Positions 1 to 15,326 of a DNA stretch of 64,000 bases are shown here, in pieces (position 1 is the first letter of the stretch; each line of letters starts with the position of its first letter). Under the pieces are notes generated by a model. It was not told where the DNA came from. It made no database searches and saw nothing but the letters and a program-made list of their open reading frames with translations. The DNA comes from the human T2T-CHM13v2.0 reference genome, Homo sapiens. The stretch lies in NCBI RefSeq assembly GCF_009914755.1, contig NC_060929.1. One strand, written 5' to 3'. A program made the translations under genes and the position numbers.

Positions 1-1064
1 AAAAAGGTAATACAAGAGGAGTCAGAAATTTTACACTATGCAGAAGGTTTGATATACTTATTGCATACATGGGGGAATGGGTTGATTAGAGAAATGGTTC
101 CTGGACATTGTTGAGAGCCAGTTGAGATAGGCAACCAGGAATTCACCATTTACCCAGGTACATATTTTTTTTCCATCAGTGCTTTAACTTCAAGGTACAA
201 GCCCAGGGAGGGCAGGTTTCATCCTGGATTGCAGTTCTCCAAGTAGATGCAACCAAAGCACAAGAGAATTTAGATAAGAAAGTGATGGAAATGAGAGGCC
301 ATGGAATATATGGGCATGGGAGTCCCTCACACCACTCCTGACCTTGAGTTATAAGGTAATGTGTATTGTGATCAAATAAACAGACTAACTAGAGAGAGCT
401 GCAGGGGAGGCCATGTCTTCATTGAAGGATGAAGATCTAGAGATGGGAAGGAAGAGGAAATGGGTACGTGTTAATTACAGCGAGGGAGTGCTAGTTGGTG
501 CAGGGGTTTGGGAGGCAGTGAGGGAGAGGAAACTGCATCAAGGTCGAGACAGAGCATTATGGGGATGAGAACAAGGCAGACGGTGCAGAAGCAAGGCGTA
601 CAGCAGGCATGGACCAATGAAAACATTTTCAATGTCTCTTGGAGGCTGCTGAGCACTCCGCCTACCAGCACTCCATTGAGGTGTAGAAATTAGAAAGCAT
701 GTGTACAGTGCTGCCAGACCTGCCTCTGCGAATCATCTGTGCAGTGTTGACAGCTGCGTGTTGCTCGGTGGCCTGTATGTGGTCATTCACGAGGGAAGGA
801 GGGAGGTGGGCAGGGCAGGCAGCCGCAGCATGGCATCATGGGGTTCTGTGTCTGGATCCAGCCTGCCCAAGGTCAAGCCCACAGTCACTGGCAAAGCCCA
901 GGCTGATCTCTGTGCTGTCAATCACTATTGCTATGCTCCCCTCTGCTGATCAGCGCCCAGACCTTTCAGGATGTCTTCTGCATTCTAAGTGCTCTGTCAG
1001 AGAACCAGGACCAGGGATAGGGTTATGCAAGAGAGGAAGCTAGGGAAAATTTGAAGGACAGTGA

Positions 1065-1307
1065 GATGGAAGGAATAAGTTCCAGTATTTGACAGCAGGG
1101 TAGAGAAATTATAGTTAACAATAATTTATTGTGTATTTCAAAATAGCTACAATAATTATGTTGTTCTCAACATAAAGAAAAGAGAAATGTTTGCAGTGAT
1201 CGATATCCCATTTACCCTGATTTGATCATTACACATTGCACACAGGTATGAAAATATGACGTGTACCCCCCAAGTATATACAACTATGATATATCAATTT
1301 TAAAAAA
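1065..1307 (+). mobile_element. L1MA-type LINE-1 3' end fragment
   Basis: Typical L1MA 3'UTR text (aataatttattgtgtatttcaaaatagcta ... taccctgatttgatcattacacattg ... A-rich end). Confidence 0.8.
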
Positions 1308-3164
1308 TGTTAAGAAGGCATTCATTCTCAGTGTTGTGCACCCACTCTCAGGGCTGACTCTGAAAGTGGGTGCCTCCTTAAATTTTGTGCCCTAGCACCT
1401 CTCTTGCCTTGCCCTGGTTCTGACCCAGCAAAGAACTGTAATATGAAGTGGTGTCTATGGGACTATTCACTTTGATTTTACATAAAGGTTTGTCAATTAA
1501 CAATTCCAGGAAAAAAAGTACCTTTTTTTTTAGTAGATTGTGAGCCCTTGTTAGAAAAAAAAAATTATGTGTCTAGAATAATTCTCAAACTTTGCTATAT
1601 GCCATTCCACATTACTGCATTTTCTGTGGACTCTCTTGATCTCTAAAAGCACTATCTTTCAGATTCATGCAGAGATACAATATTGATAAGCCCCATGACA
1701 TCCTGACTGATAGTACACATCACATAAGACTTTAATAAGAAAAACATCATTCTTTGAGGAGCATTTGGAATTTATCATAAGGAATTAATTTATAAGTCTG
1801 CTACCTTTATTGGAGAATATTTCCTCTACCAGGGCATAAAGCAGAGATACATGTGCACCCTTCAATGACAGGGAACAGGAATGACATTAGTCCTTGAAGT
1901 CAGTCTCCATCTTCAGAGCCCACTGTCCTGAGACGTGGCATCTTGACTGTGAAAACCAGGCATTGGATATTATGCAAGAGATAGAATTAGCATGGCCAAA
2001 ATGATGGGCAGAAAGAAAGGTCACCTGATCCCACAGGGTCTTTCTTCGCCACCTTTCTAAAATACATGCTGTGTCCCCATGAAGAGTGCTTCCTAGGCAA
2101 GCCACAGAACCAACCTGGGCAACGTGATTCCTACGATGTCTCCTTTGGGCTCTAGAATTCTGGGATCTTGTCATCTTCGGAGTGGCCTTCATTCTCTGGT
2201 TTCTCCTTTCTTTATTTCCAGGTGGTCTGATTAGGTAAATTACAATAGCAAATTATTTAAAAGCAGTTTGGGCTATTTGCCTGGTTGATAAGCACACAGG
2301 AAAGCAGAAAAGATGATTCACACAAAAAATCAACAAATAGAGAAAATGGGCATTGCAACATTTTTTGTGGCATTCTGTTAACTAGAAATGAGAGTGACCC
2401 TGTGACTTAAATAAAGGCCAACCAAGAGCACTATTGGCTAGGTTTTTTTCAAGAAATAGCTCAATTGGGAGACCATTCCAATGGGCAATTAGAGAGGAGG
2501 TGGTTGTCAGCATTTACTAAAACCAAAATAATAATAAACATTCTTATATATCTTCAAATGGACAAAGACTTTGCTTTTACCAAATCTGGCTTTTTCAAGT
2601 CTCCTCTAGCATTTTCCCCAAGGTTGCACTTTCTGTGGATTTCATTGACCGGTGCTCTTGAGTACAGCAGAGATGTAAAATGCATTTCTTGTTTGGCTCA
2701 CTAATTCATACTTCATGCAAATAACTTGTGAATGATGATTTATCAATGGCCTCATCAACCACACTTGGTAATTCTTGCTGTACATTGAGATGAAATGTAA
2801 ACCATCTTATTCATGTACATTTTAGGACAAATTGTTATTCCAAGAGCTGTTGCTCTCACATTCTCTCATTTGAAGAGACCTTTAAATTTTTCCAAAGTAC
2901 TTTCCCATTTATGATCTTGCTGTGGACCCAAGATCGTAATAGACTTTTAGAGATAGGTATTATTACAGAAAGGTGCCCAATGTTACTCAAATTTTACTGT
3001 GTTATTGTGATTGGTCACAGAACACAGCACTGGGTCTCTGTTGCTTTTTGGGCTGGGTATCATTAAGCTGACTTTTAGTTCCATGTTCATGTTAGCTCTA
3101 CCAATAAAGGCAGGTGCTAAGAGAGGTAAAAAGATACAAAGAGGAGTGAAGAAGTACAATTTTA

Positions 3165-3563
<399 letters not shown>

Positions 3564-4055
3564 TCAGTGGAAAATATCTGGAAGTAGAAGTATCTGATGA
3601 AGGAGTAAAAATAGCATGTGATTGACTTAAAATAATCCCTTTCCATAAGTAAGTAATGCAGAACAGAACAAGAATGATCAGCAGGGGAGATAGGAATTAG
3701 GGATGAGAATGTGTTGTGCAAATAGCTTACCTAAATCCTGTGGTCTACAAATTTGGATACACGGTGATTTGACTGAATTCTAACATCCAGGGAACAGGGA
3801 ATGGGGGAGAACCCAAGCTTCCCAACTTTGCGGGGGGCACTACTGTGCCTGGGTGACAGAAGCTGCAAGCCCCAAGAAGACTCAGTGCCATGTCCTGTCT
3901 CTTGTGTAAACCAAAATAAAGACAAAGGCCAAGTATAAAACAAAACCTATGTGTGTGTATAACTAAAACAGCTCTCTTTAGATATACTGATAGCAGAGTA
4001 CTGGTTATGCTAATCAAAACTGAACCTCTGTCTTTCTATCTTTTTTTTTTAGTAG

Positions 4056-4366
<311 letters not shown>

Positions 4367-4834
4367 TGTCTTGCTGGTGTCTTAATGTGTGTTAAGCAAG
4401 TAAACTCAAAGGTAAATCAAATCCCACCACAGTCCAAAAGAATCTACTTGGATAAACACTACACTCTACCCTATTGCAAAATGATTGAATCATCTATATA
4501 AATTGTGAAAGTCATACGTGGTCTGTAGTTACTAGTTTGTAATTCAGTTTTTTCTGCCAAAAATTGTATAAAAAAATTACCGTGGCAACCAATGCTTCAA
4601 TAGTACAAATGGAAGGCTGAGAGACAAAGATATAAAATAATGGGTTGGCTTGTAAGGGGAAGCCCAGGAGAAAATTACAAATTCTTCACGTGCAGTATTA
4701 TTAGACCACACTGGAAACAATAAAACACATTTGCATAAAATCCAACGTCACGCTCATGGATACAGTGAAACTCATTTTCAATGTACGTGGATGAAAAGTG
4801 CTTACTTAAACCTTTCCCCTAAATATATATTTTA

Positions 4835-5168
<334 letters not shown>

Positions 5169-5535
5169 CCAGTATGCATCAAATGCAGGTCCTTTTTTGT
5201 GTTTTGGCTAAATAAAATATTTCATCTGAGACGGGATAAATATTACAACATTTTTATCAATGTTTAAAATAAAGTCTTATCTCTACAGTACTATGACCAA
5301 GTACTGGAATGTGACCTTGGGCACCCTCTCAGCTGTCATGTCACTCTACTTCAGTGTTTCTCCAAGTTATCCTGTGTGGGCCACCCAAATTACAATCACT
5401 GGGGTTCTGGTTAAGGGGCATCCAGGGGCTCCCCAAAGACCAAGTATATAGTGATCTCAGGGGGTGAGTCTGGAGTTTTTTAAATTTTCAAACTTCTGGG
5501 AATCCTTAAGTGTAGTCCAGACTGAGATCCACTGA

Positions 5536-5922
<387 letters not shown>

Positions 5923-7429
5923 TGAATGGAAGAGTTAGTGGCCAGGAATTTGTGGAAGAAAGAAAAAAGGGTAATTCGCTAGGTAAACAGGAAGCTAGAA
6001 TCTGTTTTGGAGATAAAATGAACCCACAGAGGCTGGGAGGAGAAAGGGAATTGAGCCAGTTGTTGACTAAGGCTACTTCTCCTCCCTTGAAATTTACTTG
6101 GAAGAGCAGCTGAGGCGGAAAGATGGAAAGCAGTCTTTTCAAGAGTTGGTAAGCAAACCTCCAGTTTTAGTTTCAGCTGCCTGGTCTGTAGATTTTTCTT
6201 CATAGAGGGAGAAAGCTCAGAAGTAAACCACATGGCACTGCAATCCATGAGAATCTACTTGGAATCACCTAAACCACGCTACATTCTGTCACTGATATAG
6301 CTTGGGATCACACATTTTTTCTTTGTTTATCATTTTAATCTTCCTTTGCTCTGAAGTCTTAGATATTCTATATACAGCCTCCTCCTCCTCCACATCACAT
6401 ATATTATGAGCACTAAATTAAAATGGCAACTTTGATAGAAATACTAATCTGTGACTAAATGTTTAACAAGGGGGCAAAAAGGATTTACATTTTGATCTTC
6501 AAACATTGGAAAATAAATGCCCTCAGTTGTCAGCTTTCCAAATTGACAAGACTGCAAGGGCAAAACAAAATTTCCATGCATTTGATTGACCTCTGTGAAT
6601 TGAGCTATTATTAGCAGATAAGAACTTGCCAAAAATATCTGGAAAATATCAGCTGAAAAGTGATTGAAACGAAGTATTTAAAGCAGGTCAGCAGGGCCAT
6701 GTCTGAAGGAGACAGATTATAAAATACATCTGTATATATTGTATTTATACATAATATATGCCACATATAACATACATGTATATACCTAACAATTCATTTT
6801 AATTCAGCAAATATTTATTGAGTGGCTATTGGGTCGGACACCATGCCACCCTAGGCTTTGGGAACACAAACAATAAGCTTTAAGTTCTCTTACCTCCAAG
6901 AACTCACAAGCTAGAAATATGTGAGACAAAACGCCATAATTCCTACAACATAATACACCTGACAAGGGTTAGATGAGCAATTTGCATAAAGTGCTACCAT
7001 TGCAGCAATTAACAAGGCAGAGGAAACGTGATGTTTGTTCTGATGATCAGAGAAGCCTTTCCAGTAGAGATGACATTTACCTCCTTGGGATTTCAGCAGA
7101 CACAGGAGAGTGAGAATGTCACTCTGGCAGAGGAAACAGAATTTACAGATTAGGAGTACATGGCTGGAATGAAAGAGTTGGGGATGGAGTGGATAAGAAA
7201 TAGCAGTGACTACAGTTTGAGTGATACATTTATTTGCATATTCATTGATTCAGCAAACTTTTCATTGGTGCTGAGGGAGGTAGGCCCAAGGTATGTGCTG
7301 GGTACAGAGGCTGAGAAAACACGGGACAGAGTGGTGGAAGATGGGCCTGGGATTGTGGAAAAAACAGAAAGCACCAGCCCTGTTTGATCCTTCTAGAAGG
7401 ATTTTTTTGTAGTGTCCCAATGATACCTT

Positions 7430-7615
7430 TCATTGATAATGGTTACCATTTCATTGAGCACCTCCTAAGTGCTGTGCTGAATAGCTGTGTTACTGCTAGT
7501 TCCAGCAATCCTGCATGGTAGGTGTTTTCTCTATTTACACATAGGAAGAGAAGCTCTGAGTGCCTGAGTGCCCAGCTTGTCATATACGATGCTTGGATTT
7601 GTGCAAGCATTGATC
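7430..7615 (-). mobile_element. MIR fragment
   Basis: Diverged MIR core (cattgagcac...ctaagtgctgtgct...tttacacataggaagagaagctctgag). Confidence 0.55.
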
Positions 7616-8545
7616 TCAATGGCCTGGTAATTATAAAAGCTGAAGAACAGCTGAAATCAAGAACTTCTCCACCCCAGCCCCTGAGGACAATACCACCTCC
7701 AAATGCCTTGGGCCCACTCTGGTCTCTGGTGTGGTGGGACAGCGCTGTCCGGTCTGCGCAGGTGATTTATGTCTGCCTGCTTTTCGGAGAGGCCAGAGTT
7801 TATTGCCTTGCTGGGCAGAACTGCAGCTGGGGCCTGCCCTGTCCCATCCCCATCCCCCCGAAAGCAAAGATTTCCAATTACTGTTCTGTAGAAAATGTCA
7901 AAAGCATTATTCAACTATTCATTATCCCAGGTTTTGCAATTTTTCATATGTTTTTACTCTTATCTGCCAGCACTTGAAAAAGACCAGCTTTTTCCTCTTA
8001 AGAGAGCTTAATTTGCAGAGCTGTGCAGTCTTCCTATTATGTTCTTATCATCCTCTCCCTGTGGTAGGCAGAATGACAAGGATGACAAAAAAAGAACCAA
8101 AAATATTTGAAGGCCTTCCTGAAAATCCACCGGAATGAAGGATCCCAAAAGCCTGAGGCTCGGTTCCTCGAGTGACCTGGACGGGAGCCAAGGGCGGCTG
8201 GCATTAGCTCTCACAGTCCACTCGGCAGGAGCTCGTGGCTAGTGCTCATGGGACCAAAACCACCACCCCAGGGCCATGGGATTCCCCCCCAGGGGCTTAA
8301 CTGGGGGATTAAGCAGCTCTGAGGTGCCAAGAGGTCCCCTCTCCCCGAAATCCTCGTACCAGTGCTAAATTACCTTTGGTATCCCAAGGACCAGAGGCTA
8401 AGGGTAGCTTGGGGTGAGTGGTTAGCTCTTCCCCCATCTCCTGTGGCCCCTCCGCCCCATTCTTTGATAAGGTAACTGACATTTTTCTCTTTGCTGTGTA
8501 AAGTGCTATGCAGAGGCAACTTCACGTCCCCTAGCTCGCTCTGTT

Positions 8546-8562
8546 CCACCTAGATGGCGCCC
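8546..8562 (+). promoter_or_regulatory. CTCF-like motif at the upstream edge of the CpG island
   Basis: ccacctagatggcgccc resembles the CCASYAGRKGGCRS core. Confidence 0.45.
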
Positions 8563-8700
8563 TAAGCCCCGCCTGTATGGAGATTCGGAGCAGCCATCTC
8601 CCTGGATGCCTTCCTCCCACGATCCCCAGGTTTCTGAAGCGGGCGCACCAGGACTCCTGGCTCACCCAGAGAGACGCCTTGCCCGCGGCGGGGCTCGCTC

Positions 8701-8817
8701 GGGGAAATCCCCGCCCACCTTGTTATTCCTGCAGGGGAATCCCCGCCCCCCGTCCCTGTCACTCGGGGAAGGGAGTTCCCGCCCCTCGAATCAACCAGGG
8801 GGAGGGAATCCCCGCCC
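8701..8817. promoter_or_regulatory. Array of four NF-kB-like sites, each fused to a GC box
   Basis: GGGGAAATCCCC 8701, GGGGAATCCCC 8734, GGGAGTTCCC 8771, GGGAATCCCC 8804, each followed directly by GCCC. Confidence 0.65.
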
Positions 8818-8889
8818 ATCCTGGAGGCTCGGCGGATCCCCTGCGCAGCGAGGCGAGGAGCGGACCCCAGCGCCGGTGCGTGCCGGCCC

Positions 8890-9130
8890 CGGGCAGCGGG
8901 ACGCGGCGGGGCGGCGGCTGCAGGCAGCCGAGGAGCCGCAGGCCGAACCCAAGGCACCGGGATTGCGCCTCCCGCGGCTGCCGGCGAACCGCGGCTCTGC
9001 AGCTCGGGGCAGGCGCGGCGGCGGCACCGGTGGTGGCCGCGGTGGCGGCAGCTGCGCGGGGACCCGCCGGGCGGCGCCTGGGTCTGGACGCGCGAGGAAG
9101 CCGCGGGAGCCTCGGCCAAGCCGCGAGCAG
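8890..9130 (+). other. Candidate non-coding first exon (5'UTR); start approximate
   Basis: GC-rich ATG-free stretch downstream of the GC boxes, ending at the donor-like CAG|GTGAAG. Confidence 0.5.
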
Positions 9131-9369
9131 GTGAAGCGACCGTCCCGCTGCAGCCGGGACGCGCGGCTCCGGGTGGGCAGGGGATGGGGGAGGCCCGGCA
9201 CCCCCGAGACCGTGTGTGCCCAGGAAAGTTTAGCTACAAATCCGGGTGCGGGAATCCCAGCCCTGGCAGGGCGGGGAGTGAGGACGCCGAACCGGGGTCC
9301 CACGTTGGGCGGCGCAAACTCCTCTAGCATCCGGCCGGGGACGGGGAGGGCGCAGCCCAGGGGAGGGGG

Positions 9370-9540
9370 CTAGACAGAGCGGGACCGAGACAGCGGGACA
9401 ACCGGAGACGCACTGCCGGGGGTACTCAAGACAGGGCCGGGACCTCCTGCTCGGGCGCGCATCCCGGGTCCCCATCCCTGGGCCGTCTTCTGGTCCCTTC
9501 CTCCGACAGGAGTGGAGGTACTCAGGTACTCCGGCCTCAG
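9370..9540 (+). other. Candidate alternative non-coding first exon; start approximate
   Basis: Donor-like CAG|GTAATG at 9540/9541 at the 3' edge of the CpG island; no ATG in the interval. Confidence 0.35.
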
Positions 9541-11153
9541 GTAATGTCTTGGGGACCATCCTCCCTCGGGCTTGTTTCATCTCTCAACCCCCGCCTCTTT
9601 GCCCAGATGAGACGTTAGACGCGGGGCGAGGGAATGCAGGGGGCGCGCAAAGATCAAGGGCATCTTAGGGCCGGTTATTGGCGTCTGCCGGGGAGATGGG
9701 GAACATAGTGATAGGGAAATCCTGCTCTCTCTCTGAAGTCGAGTTTCTCCTAAAATCTGGTTTCTCCCTCCCTCTGTTCCTCTCTCCCTCCCTCGGGTTT
9801 GCGTTTGTGTTTTAAGTCTTTGAGCTGCCTGTGGTCCCCGCTATTTGGAAAATCCATTAAAGCGCAAGGCTGAATTCAGCAGCAGGAGGGTCCAGGACCC
9901 CTGGCAGGAGTTTGCCAGAAGCTGTCCTCGGCAGCCCAAATCTATGCAGAGACCTTGATAAGGGACACTGGAGTGGGAAGAGGACAAGGTCTGGCATGGG
10001 CTGGTCGCAGAGACTGGAATGGCAGGCACGAGGGCATTCCAGAGCTCCAGACCTGCCCTGGGACTGGCCGTTGGGCAGTGTTGGGGGATGGAGCTGAGTC
10101 TGAGTCTGTCCCCTGCAGCTGGCCTAACCTCTTGCCTCCACCAAAGGTAGGGTAGGTGGATATGTTTGCCTTGACAAATCGCAATGAAACTACTGGAAGT
10201 GGTTGCTGAGTGGCTGCAGTAAGTGATGCCCTGATCTGTCCTTGCAGAGAGACCCCCTGGACCTTCAGGGCCTGTTCTCCAGTGGGGTCTCTGAACACTG
10301 GAGGGCTTTAGGGGCCTGGCATCTCTACTGGGCCAGCTTTTGTGGGTTGTGACTTCTGGGTGGTGGCCAGATAGGTACAGGTTGGCAGGTGTGAAGTGGG
10401 AGTGCTGCTTGTGGGGGCAGAAGAGAATGTCTCAGAACACACCCCTGGCTGTAGGTGGTGGTTCTGGCTTCATGAATTCCTTCTTCCATTAGGATGGGCC
10501 CAGAGCTGCTGCTCCTATAATAACCACCTAGTTGTGTGAGTGAGTGTGTGTGTTGCGGGGGTTAGGTGTAGGAGTAGGGGGGTGGCAGGTGCTAGGAGAG
10601 GAAAAATCAGAACCATGTAAAGTATATAAATGTACCTACCTTGACATAGTTAATATGCTCCTGGAAAAATATTGAATTATACTTTAAATCTATCGCTGAA
10701 ATTGATTTTGCATGTACTTTATGGCAGTTTACTATTTAAGGAAACTTATGATAATTTCTCTGTTCATTTCAATCATTTTATTTTTGGAATACCTGTGGTT
10801 TGCTGTGCTGGAGGCTGAGGAGGCTTCGAGGTTCCAGGATATGCTTAGATGAAAGATGCTCCCTCGCTGCTGTCAGTTTGTCAGTTTCTGTCCAGCAGGA
10901 GAAGGGAGAGAAGCCTGCTAAGCACTATGGTGCAGACCAGTGCACATGCTGCATGTAGTAGACGCCATGTGTTTATTGGATGAAGGAGTGAAGAGATAAT
11001 TAAGTGAGTAAAGTACCTGAAGAGTGGTCCAAATAAAACATTTTGGGAGTATGGAGGAAAAAGAAGTCACTTTTGCCAGAGAGGATCTGAAAGGCTTTGT
11101 GGAGGAGCTCTTAGGTAGAAGTCGAGAGGTTGATCCTGAGTTAGGACTCAGTG

Positions 11154-11204
11154 CTAAGGACTCAGAGGAACTAAGGACTCAGAGGAACTAAGGACTCAGA
11201 GGAA
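11154..11204. repeat. 17-bp tandem repeat x3 (ctaaggactcagaggaa)
   Basis: Three perfect copies read directly. Confidence 0.95.
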
Positions 11205-11240
11205 CTTAGTTCTCCAGATAGTAGGGAGATGTGTGAGATA

Positions 11241-11485
11241 TTTTTTTTTTTTGAGACTGGGTCTCATTGTTGCCCAGACTCAAGCAATCCTCCCACCTCA
11301 GCCTCCTGAGTAACTGGGATCACAGGTGTGTGTTACCACAACCAGATAATTTTTGTGTTTTTTGTGGAGATGGGTTTCACCATGTTGCTTATGCTGGTCT
11401 CGAACTCCTGGGCTCAAGTGATCCTGGTGTCTTGGTCTCCCAACGTGCTGGAATTAGAGGCATGAGTCACTGCGCCCAACCTGGC
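11241..11485 (-). mobile_element. AluJ-like with internal deletion
   Basis: tgttgcccag joins directly to actcaagcaatcc, skipping part of the right arm. Confidence 0.85.
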
Positions 11486-13520
11486 CCCTCGTTCTGCTCC
11501 TACACAACCCTTTAGCACACTCACCATGCTGCCCTGGGTGTGTTTCTTTAGGGCCTTATTTTTTTCATACCCAGATAAGGCCTGGAACAGTTGCTAATCA
11601 ACTTCCTCAGGTTAGACAGGAAAAGAGGCAGAGGGAACACCCCAGACCCCACTACCCCCGGCTGATCATACTGTAGGGTGTTGTGGAAACCCTCTCCCAG
11701 AGGCTCCAGGCCTGGTGAGCTGAACAAGATAACACAGAGCTGTGGATACCCCCTTGCCTTTGATCATGTGGGCCTAAGTGACTCGGACCGTGGTGGTGGG
11801 GGCATCTCTGTTGGAAGGTCTCTCCTACTGCACCATCCACAAGGGGACAAATTCCAAAGATGAACCCACAAAAGGTCAGGAGCAAATCCAAAGAGAGGCT
11901 GAATCTCTTTAAGAAGACAGACTTAGAGACTCAAGTTTTCAGCTTCTTTCTTCTGCCCTCAGACACATCCCCGCAGCACCAGGGAGGATGCTGAGGTCAG
12001 AGTTGAGTTTCAAGGACAGGAAGAGCTATGCGGACAAGCCCATGAGAGAGGTTAGCAGACAAGTGGAGAGGCAGGGATGTCTCAGAGACGCCCATCCCCA
12101 GAAGGATGATAGGAAAAGGCCACTGATAGAACAGTGTCTGCAAGGGGTGTTCATGAAGCCAGGCTGCAAGGGAAGAAGGAGACAATGATTGCCAAGACAG
12201 TGAAACTGCAGGTATAGACACTGGATCCAGAAGTGTGCTGTTTGAAAATAATCCACAGTATTTTGAGGAGGTTGTAGCATTGAAGGAGGGTTTATTCATG
12301 AGAGTCCCTCCATTCTCCCTCCCAGGCATGTTTGGTAAACAAAAGAGATGTGGGAGAGAGTAGAGAAGCTAGATCAGGGGTGTTTGGGCTGGAAGAGGTG
12401 AGCAAGTGCAGGGAAAGAACAATCCTGGCATCTGCCTTCTCTGGAAGGCCAGAGGGAAGCAGAGGTTGGTGAGGCCCTGGAGAGAATGAGGAAAACAGGG
12501 GAGGCATTTGCTGAGACCTGGGGTCACTTCGTGAAGCTGGGGCCTGGAGGAAAGGGCTGCGGTACTGCTGCCTGCCAGGGGAAGCAAACCCGGCACCTGG
12601 CACCAGTGGAGGCAGCCAGGAGGGAAAGGAAGGACTCCTGAGTTGGGGTCAGAGGCTTTGGCTGGAATCCTAGCAGTGCAGAGAACTTCCTGCTGGGCCA
12701 GATGATTAGAAATGTTGAAGCCTCCATTTGCTCATGTATAAAATTGATGCAGTCGCTACTTCACAGGGTTGTTCTTAGGAGGAATCGAAAGAGGTACTAA
12801 GGTGTGTTTGGAAGGCCCTCCGTGACCGCATCTGCTGTATAGGGGGTCCTTTCGAACAGTGTGTCCAGAAATGCATAAACCTCTCACCAAAGTCAGTGAG
12901 AGCCCAGTGGAATGGAGAAGGCAGGAGTTTTTAGCAGACTTGCCTGAAGCTTTCTTTCAGCTGTGGATGAAAAGTTTTGGACTACTCTGAGCAGTTGGGT
13001 CTCCCTGTTTGCACCTTGACAAATCCTTCAAGATTTCTGCCTTTTAATCCATTGGCTTGTTGCAGTGCTGCGTCTAAATTTAATGTCCCTCTCTTTTGCA
13101 AAGATCCAGTTACCAGATGCAAGGCAGGAAGAGGCTGGACAGTCTCCTCTGTCCTCCATGGTTTGGAAGGGCATCATGCACTCACACTCGGTAACACCTG
13201 CATTTGAGGAAGCTAAGGCCCAGAAAAACAGAGAACTTGCCCCATTAGACAACCAGAACTAGAGTCACAAAACACAGTTGCTTGATCTGGGGAACTCTTG
13301 TCTTTCAATAGCAGTGGTGTTGGCCAAGATGCAGGTGGCTGAGGAAGAATTAAAAATCTGCAATCCCCCTTGGTTTTATTAATGGGTCTTTGATTATAGT
13401 TGAAAAGATGAAAAAACAGTCTCACTTATTAGTGAAGCGGGAAAGAAAAGGAGCATTTGACTTACTAAACACTAAGTAGATATGTGCCAAATTAAATGAA
13501 ATTGGGGAAAATGTGAATAA

Positions 13521-13859
<339 letters not shown>

Positions 13860-15026
13860 TGAAATTATTCCTTATTTTCCAACCGGATGGTCTATGTCTA
13901 GATTTGGACCTATGCATCGGTTGCATATAAAAGGATAGATCTTTTTATGGTATCTAGAAATTTGACAATCTTGATCTCCTATTATCCATACTTTAGAAAT
14001 AGAGAAAAGATGGAATTGGAAAAGAATACATTTCCCATGGGTTCTAGCGGGGAGTGTTTGAAGCCAGGTAGGTCATCTGATTCAGTCTGATTGTCTGAGA
14101 GCTAAAGAGTTCTGCCTTCTATTTACAAATGTGTTCAAGAAGACACTGGGAGCATTTACAATTTGAAAACTTAATAGTTGAAGAGGCCTTTTGTGGTCTG
14201 ATAAGGCGGCTGAGCCGAGAGATGGTTTGTTAAGACACTAAGCATGCGGAGAAGACACATTTGTCTTTTAAGCCTCTCCAGCTCCAGGAAGAGGCCTACC
14301 CCCGGCCGTGGCTTCTCTCCAATGCCAGTAGTGTGTTCACCCCACACTCTTGATGGGGCCAGCAAACAGTCTCCATTCTGAAAGTTCTGGCTGCTCCATG
14401 CATGCATTCCCTACCAGAATGCGTTCTGAGTGAATAATGAGTGGTCTATGAACTTCCAGAAAATCAGAAACTTAAGATTCTCAACTCTCTTTATGAAGCC
14501 ATTGAATGAAACCAGATAGCATTGAACACCTGGTTGACAAAGTTATTCTTGGATTATATGTTTTTATATACAGTGTTTCTGGGGCTCATCAAGCCCTCTA
14601 GGTAGGAGGCCTGAAGAGGTTTTGGAGAAGCAGCATTGGGGGAACCGACTTCACAGCACAGAGGATTAATTTTGCACACACAATTGTTGCGAGCTCTGAA
14701 TGAAATAATAGCAAGGAGATGGGGGAAGTTTTGTTGTCTTTTAAGTCTAAGAAGCAGCCTGAAATGCCTAGATATCCACAGGAGGATTTAAAAAATCACA
14801 AATTCTTAAGGATCTGCAAGTCCTTGAAAGGGCATTATCCAATCTCTTGCCTTCAGGGAGGAATAAACTTAGCTCATTCCAGTTAAGGATCTATGGTTTT
14901 AACAGCTTCCTGAGGAAGGGGCGTCCATGGCATATTTGGCCCTTAACACAGTGATGCCCCAGACTGGTTCTTTGAGGTGTTTTAGCAGGAGTCGAAATGG
15001 ATTTCAGAGGGGTTACTCTTGGTCTC

Positions 15027-15326
<300 letters not shown>

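Larger units (their letters stand above)
8550..9700. promoter_or_regulatory. CpG island promoter of an unidentified + strand gene
   Basis: Abrupt rise in GC and CpG density, multiple CCGCCC GC boxes, downstream splice donors on the + strand. Confidence 0.9.

Noticed and set aside
4510-4792. Three ACGTG (HRE/E-box-like) motifs in AT-rich upstream DNA
   Set aside because: Short motifs with no supporting context; cannot be distinguished from chance
8562-9580. Long ORFs (116-255 aa) on both strands of the CpG island
   Set aside because: Pro/Arg/Gly/Ala-rich open frames are expected from stop-codon scarcity in GC-rich DNA; no recognisable domain
8550-9700. Assigning a gene symbol to the promoter
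   Set aside because: No coding exon in the window and I do not recognise the UTR; a BLAT search would settle it
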